Source: the human T2T-CHM13v2.0 reference genome, Homo sapiens | DNA: 64,000 nt | Assembly (NCBI RefSeq): GCF_009914755.1 | Contig: NC_060926.1 | Reading direction: 5' to 3' (one strand) | The notes under the pieces: model-generated | Databases searched by the model: none | Seen by the model: only the letters and a program-made list of their open reading frames with translations | Told to the model about the DNA's origin: nothing | Shown here: one piece after another, positions 26,890-40,183 of the stretch | Position numbering within the stretch: position 1 is the first letter of the stretch | Layout of the letters: each line of letters starts with the position of its first letter | Program-made: the position numbers and the translations under genes

Positions 26890-29592
26890 GTGCTAGAAAA
26901 ACACACACACAAAATATAACTACTGGTATCACTTTTTTTTCTTAACAGCAATAGAATAAATGAGTAAGAAGACTGTGAGAAGACTGAATGATTTCATAGA
27001 TCCTGCTGCAAGAAGGCAGAAAAACCTCAGAGAAAAATACTATTTTCTTAATTGCATTTATTTGTTGATTCTATAAAGTCTAAGAAACTTTAATACTGCT
27101 TAATTTCCTTTATTAAAGAAAAAAAAAGGCTCCCAGTCCTCTTCTCTAGATTGTTACAATAAATTGCTTCCTCAAGAAAAAACAAAACAAAACAAAACAA
27201 AAAAACACGCATTTAGAAAATATTTTGTCCTACTTTAAGAGCAAAATTAGGTCCAGGTTTATAAATGTGTTTACCCATGGGCATTCTAACCACTAGAAAT
27301 CAAAGAAAGAATTATTCCATAAATTTCTTGCTGTCTTTAAAATTTAAAGAAAAGCACTCGTTTCATACCCATCACATAAATTGTGCCTTCCTTTTAAAAC
27401 ATCTGAAACAAAATGACACTTTTGTTCAAAGCCAAATATTTTGGTAGGTGAGACAATATATTATGAATTTGCCACATAAAATATATTTGCTCTTTCATTT
27501 GAGTTATAAAATGCAAATTTGGTAAAAAATATTACTTTCATTCCCCTTACATACTCGCTGTGTAGTAAATCTCCTGGGAACTGAGCAGCAAATTATAATT
27601 CTTTTGCAGGAAGAAAAACTAAATACTATACAAACTGCAATTCTCTTTTGGAAAAAAAGTGTTTTGTGTTACAGAGTTATAGGAAAATAGTTTGTTCATA
27701 GGTACAACCAATTCTATACTTTTGAAGATATTATATATGTAGTTATTTGAGTTAATGTCTAGTGACTAAACTAAACCCATATGAATATTGGTCATGTGGA
27801 AGAGAGAGCCATGATCTTGATTAATCCATTTTATATCTGTTGATTTACTGATCCATAAAATCAAATCAACACAAATACAAATTTCTAGGTACCCTAATGA
27901 TTCCTTTTTAATGTTTTCCTGAAATGGGCATTCACTACTTAAGAAAACATGCTGAACAGAAAGAGAAATTTCCTTTTGTAACCCTAATATAGCTTCTTAA
28001 AATATTAATTCCATAATTCAGAGAAGTTCACTTTACTTTTTAAAAATGTATAATAAGAAGACGGTATACTTAATTACTTCTTCAAATTTGTTTAAACTGC
28101 TTTCTATGACTACCGGCAAGTCTGCATTTCTACCAAAACAATTTCAAGAAAATTTAATTTTAAAAATAATCTCATCAAGCCACACCTCATTATATGTTGC
28201 TTTAAAATGTGTGGCAATACAATGATACCATTACTTCAAAAGCTCCTCCCTAAACATCAGTACCAGCATGTGTGTATCTCTCTAACACATATGTGTATAC
28301 ATATACACACCCAATTGGTATTTCATTTCATAAACAAATCCAAACTGTGATATTTTTCTCAATAAAAATATTTTTTCTACAAAAGTTAACGTGAATAGAA
28401 GAAAAACATTTATAATAAATAATTTGATAAGATCATCAATAATAACACAACTACTACATGACCACTTTTCCTATAAACATTTTACCTTACTAATAATAGG
28501 CATTAAATAAATTATAAACTTCTCTTTTCCTCTTTGTATCTGTTATTTCAATTTTGTTTGTACGTATTAGAAAAACAGAGTGTTTTCTAACTGCATGATT
28601 GAATATGTAACCACAGAGACATATGGCATATTTCTAAGTAAAATTAAAATTTCAGTTCCTTAGCCATGTTCCACATGCTCAATAGCCACATGTAGCCACT
28701 GGCTACCAGGCTGGACAGCACAAATTGTGAAGCTTTCAGTCATTACAATAAGTTCTATTGAGCGGTATTAACTACAGCTTCTCTGACAATATCTTTTAAT
28801 ATCAAGCTATTCATATAATGTACATATTATTTGTTCTTTATTCAAAAAAGGAAATAATTAAAATGCATGATGGTTTTAAAAGCAAACATCTATTTAGAGC
28901 AGGGTTATTACATTTGTGCAATATGGAGAACTTTGTAATATTTCCACTTAACCTTAAAATAATAACAATTAGGAAATAAACCTGATAAAAATTTTATTGT
29001 ATTCATTTAAAAATGTGTTTGAATAATTCAAACTCTGGACAATTATTACTCTTTTCATCATAAGTCTTTTCCTTTAGACCTCATAGATGAGAAAACGCTG
29101 AACCTATTTTGATTTTTAAGTAAACTAAACTAGTAATCTAATATCGTCTTACTCTTAAGCCCCTCATTCTCGCAGTATGCCCAATTAGATCATTTATCAT
29201 TACTGTCTTTAAGTCTATGACCATTTTTCAATGTAAGAGTTTAATAAGCTTTTAACAGAGTAGTTTTAAAATTAATTTAAAAAGCGCCTTTCATCCTACT
29301 ATCTTATATAATGTATTCTCTTATAGGTCAAAGACTTTCCTTCCTATAACATGGGCCTCTTTTTGAATATTACACCATAGAAAAATAAACCAAATGAGCA
29401 AATAAAATAGTCAACATTTCTGTAAGACTTAAATACAGCAGAGATAAGGCAATTGGATAAATGGAGCAGTTCACACCTCTAGTTAATTCTAGAAAAGTCC
29501 AAGATCCTATTAAGGAACTACTACATAGAAATAAATGAACCAATGAGAAGGCAAATAAAAACTGAGTAGGGAGAATAGAAAAATAATCCTTA

Positions 29593-29879
<287 letters not shown>

Positions 29880-30333
29880 GTAACCCGAATATGGAATGGT
29901 AGAAAAGCAAAAGAAAAAAAAAAGTGGCAAAATTATCTATGGGATGAAATGATGAAATAAAAAGTTTCATGTCAAGAATGAGTAAGATGTATAATAAAAA
30001 TTTATAATAGACTTTGCCAAGTCTATTTTAGTATTTAAAGTATTTTCCAAGTCTATTTTCAGTGTTGAAAGAATGCTGGCCTGCTCCAAAGATTAAATAT
30101 CTTTAATGATTATAGAAAACTGACCTTTTTATGTTAGATTAGTGACATCAAATCTCTATTGATACATAGTGAATGAAATAAGGCAATGCATTTATACCTC
30201 AATTTCCTAATGAATAACATTTAATCTAACATTTAATCCATATGTCCCAAGCATATGAGCTGTTGTTTGGAAAATAAACTAAGTATTGAGAAGGAAAGAT
30301 GATTTCCAAAAGATACTGAGGTCATCTGATATT

Positions 30334-30372
30334 TTATCAGCACCATGCTCTAACCAACTGAGCTAACCGGCC
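30334..30372 (-). pseudogene. Tailless 5'-half tRNA-Ile retropseudogene
   Basis: GGCCGGTTAGCTCAGTTGGTTAGAGCATGGTGCTGATAA matches tRNA-Ile positions ~1-38; 17-bp TSDs ggtcatctgaYatttta at 30320-30336 and 30377-30393. Confidence 0.9.
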
Positions 30373-31953
30373 GACTGGTCATCTGACATTTTAGCCCAAC
30401 CCTGGTATTAGAACAACTTGAAAGAGATTACACAACATAATGAGATGCTTATTAATATTTATAATGAAGAAAATATGTGTTGGAAAGCCAGAATCAGCAT
30501 CCTGACTCAGTACTATCTTATATCTTGTACTACTAGAGAAAACACACTTTTACATAAAATAATAAATGACAGAAAACCTTAATACATTTCTGACAGTATT
30601 GCAATAACTAAGAAAAAAACTAGTTGTGCAACATGTACAGTAAGTATGTGAAATGGCTAATAGCTGCTAGTAAATGTAGCTTGTGGCAGTACCTAGTAGC
30701 TTAGACAATGTATATCTTGCAGCTATCTAAAGTAAACTATGCTCAAAATGTGTAATATTGAAAATAATACTTAACACATGGGGAAAGCACAGTGGAAAGA
30801 GAGTAGAAAAGTCACTGCTTTCTGAAATACTGAATAGAAAGTGTCATCGTTTTTTTAATTAATATGGCTCAGAGCAATATGAAAACTATTCTGGACTGAG
30901 ATTGAGAAAATAGACTTGATAACTTTAAATAGGCCTAATAATAGACTATGAGAATTAAATCAATCACTTGAAAGTTTGTAAACATGTATGAAAACGTGGG
31001 TAGTGTGATAATTTTTAAAAAATGAATAAATTGTCAGGAACAAAAAATACACTAAGAAACTACGAATCATTGGAGAATCTAGGCATTTCTTACCAATACT
31101 TCAATGTTTTATCTATTCATCTTGAAGAAGAAATTGGAGAGAGCAAGGTGCCTGTCGTTACGAGACTTCTAGGGTCTGTTATCACAAATAAGATAAATCT
31201 AATATACTTTTTCTAATATTTAAAAATGTTTCTCAATGCTAAATATTTAACTTGCTCCACAGAGCCTGGCACACAGCAAAAGAATGTAAGACCCCTTATT
31301 CAATAATGCCAGATTATAAAGCATCTTATTTATGGCTAATACGTATTTAATGATGTTAGCCATTATATTATTATAATTAATGCTTCCTTATACAAATCAC
31401 AGGCTGCTTAAGAGCAATGCCTTTTCCATTCCCCTTCTTTTGTTCAGCTTCTAGCACAGTATGTATATGTAGAATTTGCTTAATAAATATGTGTTATAAA
31501 GAATAATTAGTTTCCTACCTCAATTTCCTGCTTGGCTTCTATGAAACTATCAGTAGCATGGGAATGAGTATGTTTCTTTTAGTTGGCAGGATTTACTTGC
31601 CGCAGTGAGCTTTCTTAAGTTGTATTCTCACACCAGATGTAAGGAACTCAATCAACTGGACATGTCATTTGGGGCAAAATAAACTGAAGGAGTTTAGTAT
31701 TAGTTGCCATCCAAATTTCAGGCAGTCCCAGATTTATTAGTTAGGCATTTCCAAACTTTCTCCATCGATTGTTGTTTATGAAGTAGATGATGATGATGAT
31801 GAAGATGATGACAATGATGATGATGCAGAATACAACTGTCTCTTAAACTCAAAAATTATTTCCACTTGTGTAATCTCATTCAATTATTATAAAGACATGG
31901 CCATGATTAGTTGAGAGAAAATTAACTATTAAAGATCCAATTGGGTGCTAATA

Positions 31954-32529
31954 AAGTCATGCATGCCTCAGAAATGGGGATACGTTTCAAGAAATGCATT
32001 GTTAGGTGATTTCATCCTTGTGCAAGCATAATAGGGTGTACTTGAACAAACCTGGATGGTATGGCCTACTACACACCTAGGCTATCTGGTATAGCTTATT
32101 GCTTCTAGGCTATCAACCCATGTAGCATGTTACTGTACTAAATGCTGTAGACAACTGTCATACAAGGTAGGTATTTGTGCATTTAAACATAGGAAAGGTA
32201 AAGTAAAAATATGATTTTTTTTTTAATGGTACACCTGTGCAGGGCACTTACCATGAATGGAGCTTGCAGGACTGAAAGTTACTCTGGGCAAGTCAGACAG
32301 TAGATAGTGAGTAAATGTGAAAGCCTAGGACATTACTATACACTATTGTAAACTTTATAAACATGGTACATTTAAGCTACACTAAATTTATAAAAAATGA
32401 AAATTAAGGTATGTGTGCTCGATGGCTATTATGTCACTAGGCATTTTTCAGGTCCATTACAATCTTGTGGAACCATCATCATATATGGAGTACATTGTTG
32501 ACTAAAACGCTGTTATGCCACACCTGACT
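31954..32529. mobile_element. Tigger3-family DNA transposon relic
   Basis: TIR-like ends (a)agtcatgc...gttatgccacacctgact and typical internal sequence. Confidence 0.75.
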
Positions 32530-32842
32530 TCATTGTCAATATCACTATCAGTATTTTTGTCAGAACCATTCAACAAGACTCTAGGAAGTTCCAAACTTTC
32601 CCATATCTTCCTGTCTTCTTCTGAGCCCTCCAAACTATTCCGATTTCTGCCCGTTACCCAGTTCCAAAGTTTCTTCCACATTTTTGGGTATCTTTATAGC
32701 AGTACCCCACTCCTGATATCAATTTTCTGTATTAGTCTGTTTCACACTGCTATAAAGAACTACCTAAGACTGGGTAATTCATAAAGAGTTTAAATTGACT
32801 CACAGTTCTGCATGGCTGAGGATGTCTCAAGAAACTTAAAAT
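32523..32842 (-). mobile_element. Inverted local copy of the MaLR LTR/internal junction at 35313-35633
   Basis: ~94% identical to the reverse complement of 35313-35633 by manual alignment; parallel ORF translations 32515.. and 35371.. Confidence 0.9.
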
Positions 32843-33072
32843 TTCATTTTTAGCAAAATGCCTGACACATAGCAAAAAGTCAATAAACATGAGGAATTAA
32901 ATGAAGAATGAATGACCCAATGGTAAAATCAGGCCTGACTCCAAATTCTATGTTCATTCCTCTGTATTAGGGAGTTTTAGCAAACTTTTAATTAGTCACA
33001 GGTACCCTACAGGCTTAGCAGTATATTTATAGGAAGTAAATAATTGTAGATTTTTAAAAAATTAAATGTAGG

Positions 33073-33412
<340 letters not shown>

Positions 33413-34040
33413 TTACAAAGCTTCATTTAGAAATCATATTTTTTGGAAAACTAGCATTGTTTCCTGAATACAAACTATTGTTTCATGATATATTTAGTAA
33501 GTTAACAATGAAAACATTTTTAGTAAATTAAATAATTTTGTTTACAATCTAAAAATCAACTTTATTTTTCAGAATTTTAATAGATTTATGATTTATTATT
33601 TATAATAAAATATGTCAAACTTAAACCTATTTTTATTGGATAGGATGCAAATATTGAACACAATTAGATTACTGACATTTTAGGATGATCTCAAGCAACT
33701 TTTCTTTTCTCTAACAATTTGCCTTGATAAACTTCAAGAATAAGCAAGGTATTTAAGATGGCATTCTCAGGATTTTGGTCCAAATAATTAATTTTAGGTT
33801 TCACTTAAACTAGTCACCATGGTACCTAACACGTAAATACTAAACTAAAATAAAGCTCCCTCTAATTAAAACAATTCAAAATAACCACATCAATTATGCA
33901 CAACAGAAAAATACAATTTTAAATACTGTTTTCAGGGATACTAATCTGGTAAACATGACATACATGTTCTGATTCCAGTGCGGATGTACATTTAGAAAAT
34001 TCATCCATATAGTAGTTAACTGAGACATGCAGAAACAACA

Positions 34041-34138
34041 GAACCACCCACTGCATTTAGAATTATATAGCTGTCAATTAAATTTTTAAGAACCACCCAT
34101 TGCATTTAGAATTATAAAGCCATCAATTAAATTTTTAA
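34041..34138. repeat. 49-bp tandem duplication
   Basis: gaaccacccaYtgcatttagaattat.. repeated twice. Confidence 0.9.
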
Positions 34139-34233
34139 ATGACTTTCTTATGAAGGGATTATAATACTAGTCCTGACTTTAAATAGAACAGACCTACGAA
34201 ATAGAATTATTTCCTATTTATTATTTAATTCTA

Positions 34234-34796
<563 letters not shown>

Positions 34797-35068
34797 TTAA
34801 GGATAGTAAGTACAACTTGGCTAAAGTTTTTGTTTTTTGTTTTTCACATTAATTTTAGATGAGAAACTGGAATTCTAAGGTTTGGTTTTGTTTTGTTTTG
34901 CTAATAGACTCCTGTATTAAAATACAAGGGGAAAAATAATCAAAAGTAGCCAATTAACCAATAACCCCTGTCCCCAAAAGGGCATCTGAAACTATGTATA
35001 TCAGAATTTGCAAATTACAAAAAAGAAAATCAACAAACAAGTTTTGCCGGCCTGAGATAGAGATGTAT

Positions 35069-37423
35069 TGCTATGGTTTGGCTCTGTTTCTCCACCCAAA
35101 TCTCATCTAGAATTGTAATCCTAACGTGTTGGGAGATTGGCCTGATGGGAGGTGATTGAATCACAGGTGCAAACTTCCCCCTTGCTGTTCTCATGATAGA
35201 ATTCTTATGGGATCTGGTTGTTGGATAAGTGTATGGCTCTTCCCCTTCCTGCTCTCTCTCTCTTCTGCCATCATGCAAGATATGCCTTGCTTTCCCTTCA
35301 CTTTCCACTATGATTTTAAGTTTCTTGAGACCTCCTCAGCCATGTAGAACTCTGAGTCAATTTAAACTCTTTATGAATTACCGAGTCTCGGGTAGTTCTT
35401 TATAGCAGTGTGAAACAGACTAATACAGAAAATTGGTACCAGGAGTGGGGTACTGCTATAAAGGTACCCGAAAATGTAGAAGCAACTTTGGAACTGGGTA
35501 ACGGGCAGAAATTGGAATAGTTTGGAAGACTCAGAAGAAGACAGGAAGATATGGGAAAGTTTGGAACTTCCTAGAGTCTTGTTGAATGGTCCTGACCAAA
35601 ATACTGATAGTGATATTAACAATGAAGTCCAGGCTGAGGTGGTCTCAGATGAAGATGAAGAACCTCTTGGGAACTGGAGTAAAGGTCACTCTTGCTATGC
35701 TTTAGCAAAGGAGACTGGTGGCATTTTTCTCCTGCCCTAGAGATCTGTGGAACTTTGAATTTAAAAGAGATGACTTAACATGTCTGGCAGAAGAAATTTC
35801 TAAGCAACAAAGCATTCAATATGTGACCTGGCTTTTTCCGAAAGTGTACAGTCACATACGTTCACAAACAGATTACCTGATATTGGAACTTATGTTTAAA
35901 AGGGAAACAGAGCATAAAAGTTTTGAAAATTTGCAACTGGACCATGTGGTAGAAGACAAAAACTCATTTTCTGGGGAGAAATTAAAGCTAGCTGCAGAAA
36001 TTTGCATAACTAAAGAGAAGTCAAATGTTAATAGCCAAGACAATAAGGAAAATATCTCCAGGACATTTAGTATATCTTTGGGTAGCCCCTCCCATCAGAG
36101 GCCTTGAGGCCTGGGAGGGAAAAAATGGTTGCATGGGCTAGTCACATGGCCCAGCTGCTCTGTTATGCCTTGAGATATGGCACCCTGCATCCCAGTCACT
36201 CCAGTTCCAGTCATGGCTAAAAGGGGAGAAGGCACAGCACAGGCCATGGCTTCAAAGGATGCAAGCCCCAAGCCTTGGCAGCTTCCACATGGTGTTGGGC
36301 CTGCAGGTGCATAGAAGACAAGAGTTGAGCTTTGGAGCCACTGCCTAGAGATTTCAGAGGATGTATGGAAACACCTGGATGTCCAGGCAGAAATCTACTG
36401 TGGGAATGGAGCCCACATGGAGAACCTCTACTAGGGCAATGCAGAGAGGAAATATGGGGTTGGAGCCCCCACAAAGAGTTGCCACTGAGGCACTGCCTAG
36501 TGGAGTTGTGAGAAGGCAGCTACTCCAGACCCCAGAATGGTAGATCCACCGACAGCTTGCACCATGAACCTGGAAAGGCTGCAGGCACTTAACACCAGCC
36601 TGTGAAAGCAGCCACAGGATCCATACCCTACAGAGCCATGGAGGTAGAGCTGCCCAAGGCCTTGGGAGCCCCACTCTTGCATCTGCATGTCTTGGATATG
36701 AGACATGAAGCCAGGGGAGATTATTTTGGAGCTTTAAGATTTAATAACTGCCCTGTTTGGTTTTAGATTTTCATGGGGCCTGTAGCCCCTTTGTTTGGGC
36801 CAATTCCTCCCATTTGGAAAGGGAACATTTACCCAATGCCTAAACTTCCATTGTATCTTGAAAGTAACTAACATGTTTTTGATTTTACAGGCTCACAGGA
36901 GGAAGAACCTTGCCTTGTCTCAGATGAGACTTTGGACTTGGACTTTTGAGTTAATGCTGAAATGAGTTAAGGTCTTGGGGGACTGTTGGGAAGGCATGAT
37001 TGGTTTTGAAATGTGAAAGAGACATGAGATTTGGTAGGCGCCAGGGATGGAATAACATGGTTTGGCTCTGTGTCCCACCCAAACCTTATCACAAATTGTA
37101 ATCCCCATGTGTTGGAGTTAGGGGAGTGGCCTGTGGGTGGTGACTGAATCATGGAGCAGACATCCCCCTTGCTCTTCTGGTGATAGAATTCTTAGGAGAT
37201 CTGGTTGTTTGATAAGTATGTGGCTCTTCTCCTTTGTGCTCTCTCTCTCTCTCTTCTGCCATCATGTAAGGCATGCCCTACTTCCCCTGCACCTTCTGCC
37301 ATGATTGAAAGTCTCCTGAGGCCTCCCAGCCATGAGGAACTGTAAGTCAATTAAACCTCTTTTCTTTATAAATTACCAAGTCTCAAGCAGCTCCTTACAG
37401 CAGTGTAAAAATAAACTAATACG
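35069..37423 (+). mobile_element. Full-length MaLR provirus (MSTA/THE1D-like): LTR 35069-35427, internal region, LTR 37053-37423
   Basis: Two LTRs (..atggtttggctctg..actaatac) flanking ~1.6 kb of MST/THE1-int with decayed ORF fragments. Confidence 0.9.
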
Positions 37424-37436
37424 CGGACTTCACATG

Positions 37437-37516
37437 TTAGGCTAGTACAAAAGTAATGGTGGTTTTTGCAATTACTTTTACTGGCAAAAACTGCAATTAC
37501 TTTTGCACCAACCTAA
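37437..37516. mobile_element. MADE1 (Hsmar1 MITE), palindromic
   Basis: ttaggctagtacaaaagtaat...attacttttgcaccaacctaa, 80 bp. Confidence 0.9.
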
Positions 37517-39196
37517 TATAATCATATTTTCATTTTATAGATTAGAAAGCTATGGTCCAGAGTGGTTAAGCTGCTAATAAGTGTCACTGGCAACAAGACA
37601 TACTTTCTAAGAACATTTCTATTTCTCTTTTTAGACCAGTGCTATCTAATAGCACCTTCTATAATGATGGAAATGTTCTATGAAACTTAGGAATGAATTA
37701 TCACCCTAAGCAAGACTAATTCTCTATATGTAACTGTTCACATCTAGAACTGTGCCCTGGGAAATATCCCACAGGCCTTGTAGATCTTGATGAGAAGCAA
37801 TCATCCCAATAAGAATTCCTGTTTGTGAGGACTTCTGTGTAGCTCTGGTAAAAATAAAAGAAGGCTCATGATCACCTAGCCCAGATCAGTCTTCCACACA
37901 AAGGTAAAGAAAAATGTAATGTGAAATAACTTTTTTTCTGAAAATAATATATGTTGCAGAGACAGTCAGACATGTTAGAAAACAGTAGAGAGAGAAAATA
38001 ATTTACTATAATTGTATTTCCTCATCCTAAGCAACTCCTTACAACATTTACTTAAGAAGCAAATATTATTTTTGGAAGACCCTGGCATACGATTTCTGAC
38101 AAATGATGGAAGGAATTGGAATGGAGAAACGAAAAACCATCTTGCATCTCTGATAAAATCAAAATTGGCTTCAGCACTCAAAATATGCAGGGCTTGGTTG
38201 TTTTTGTTTAGACAGAATTAAAAAGGAACTTGTAGATCTTATTTTAGAATTGTTTTTTCACTTGGCTAAAACAGTAAGCAGTATAATCTGGTACTATAAA
38301 AGCAGGACTATGTATTTAGTTTGCCAATTGTTGTGCAAAAATAAAAGCAAATCTTGGAAAAAAAGTTGAGAAGGGCTGATCCATTTTAGGCACTGGTTAC
38401 ACAAATTATAAAGAATGGGTATAACTCTCCTGGTGAAGAAATTCACAGCTAAGCAGGAAACTCGGGGTCTCCAACACAAACTACTCTCTAATGTGACACT
38501 GGGAAGGTCTTTCCACATTGTGAGCCTCAGTCACCCTATCTTTAAAATGGAGATAATAGAATCTACTTCATAGGATTATTTTAAGGACAAATTAGTAAAA
38601 ATCACATATATTATGTAACACATAGCTAATGAATAATAGACACCCAAATACTTTCCTACTTCCGTTTATTCATTTTGTATAAGAAAACAGGATAAAAATA
38701 ACTTAAATGAAACCAAACTTTTAAATCTTAACATATTTACCAACAATTTTCTTATCCTATACTTCTATCTGGCAAAAGGAAATTGTATACTGAGTAACAG
38801 CAAGAATCTGAATGCCAATTGATTTCCAAAATGGTGCAGTATAATTAGGAAATTCATGAGTCAAATTCCTGTTTATGCCTGTACTGCAAAGGCTAATCAT
38901 TTGTTTGTTTTCTATAAGAAGGACTTGATTAAAGCCTCTAGCAGCAATAATTAACCCTGTGCTTGAAAGATGCAGACTCAACTAGCACTGTGTGTGCTAA
39001 AATCTGTAATTAATGCATAGGAATGCATGTAAATTAACAGATGAGTGTCATTTACACTGATGGTACAAATGCAGGTTTCTTTTTTTGGGAATTACTTCAG
39101 TGTTTTCTGCTAACCATTACATACTATAAACTCAGACTGATGTAAACAGCATTCTAACACCTACAAAGAGTCTCTACTTCAGACCATGATCTAGAT

Positions 39197-39787
39197 GAGG
39201 GGTTGGCAAACTTTTCTACAAAGGGCCAGATAGTAAATATTTTAGGATTTCCCGACCTTAAAGCCTCTATTGCAGCTACTCAACTCTGTTATTGCAATGG
39301 GAAAGCAGTTACAAATAATACATAAACAAACATATAGGCTGAGCTCATTGGCTCATGCCTGTAATTCCAGCAATTTGGGAGGCCAAGGCAGGAGGATCAC
39401 TTGAGCCCCAAGTTCTAGACCAGCCTGGGCAATATGGTAAAACCACATCTCTACAAAAATTAGCTGGTGTGCTGGTGCACATCTTTGATCTCAGCTACTG
39501 AAGAGGCTGAGGCAGGAGGATTGCTTGAGCCCAAGAGGTGGAGGATGCAATAAGCTGAGATCGTGCCAGTGATTTCCAGCCTGGGTGACAGAGTGAGACA
39601 CTGTCTCAAAAAATAATAACTAGATATATAAATATATAGCTCCCTCTCTCTCTCTCTCTTACTATATATATATATATATGGCTATGTTGCAATAAAACTT
39701 TATCAAAAAATAGGTAATGAGCCAGATTTGGCCTATACACCATAGTTTGTTTAACCCTGAGCCATAGTTTGCTCATCCCTGACCTAG
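39197..39787 (+). mobile_element. MER58-like hAT relic interrupted by an AluJ (39337-39619) and simple repeats
   Basis: ggggttggcaaacttttct..ggccagatagtaaatatttt; ccatagtttgc..ccctg end. Confidence 0.75.
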
Positions 39788-40019
39788 ATTCTAATTCTTA
39801 GGTAATACAGCATACTGTATAATCTTAGAAAATCAATATTTATAGATTAGATACGGGCACTGAAATATAAACCTGATGTGAAAACCTGACAAGTTTCTGA
39901 ACTTAAGTTAGTCTCCCTCCTCACATAAAATTTAGATAAAACATGACAGACTGAATTTACCACGACTTTATTGTAAGAAACAAGTGACTCCAAAATATGA
40001 AAGTACTTCAGAAAAACAG

Positions 40020-40064
<45 letters not shown>

Positions 40065-40104
40065 TCTTTACTTGTAAAGTATTATTATTATTATTATTAT
40101 TATT
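40020..40104. repeat. (TA)n(CA)n and (TTA)n microsatellites
   Basis: Seen directly in the sequence. Confidence 0.95.
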
Positions 40105-40153
40105 AATTGGTCATCTTTTCAGCTCTATGTTTTAAGGCACCTAGAGGACTCAC

Positions 40154-40183
40154 TTACTCTGGAATGACCATAGAGGATACAAA
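40154..40183 (-). CDS. Possible 26/30-nt exon (phase 1 VCILYGHSR) with tandem donors
   Basis: gtatgttttgtgtag acceptor; AGA|gtaagt and TAA|gtgagt donors 4 nt apart. Confidence 0.35.
   Translation of the reverse strand, partial: FVSSMVIPE

Noticed and set aside
34041-34138. Direct repeat as a CRISPR-like or other array
   Set aside because: Only two adjacent copies with no spacers, in eukaryotic DNA: a simple slippage duplication
35030-37152. Cluster of the longest ORFs (up to 129 aa)
   Set aside because: Decayed MaLR internal/LTR sequence with frameshifts, not a gene
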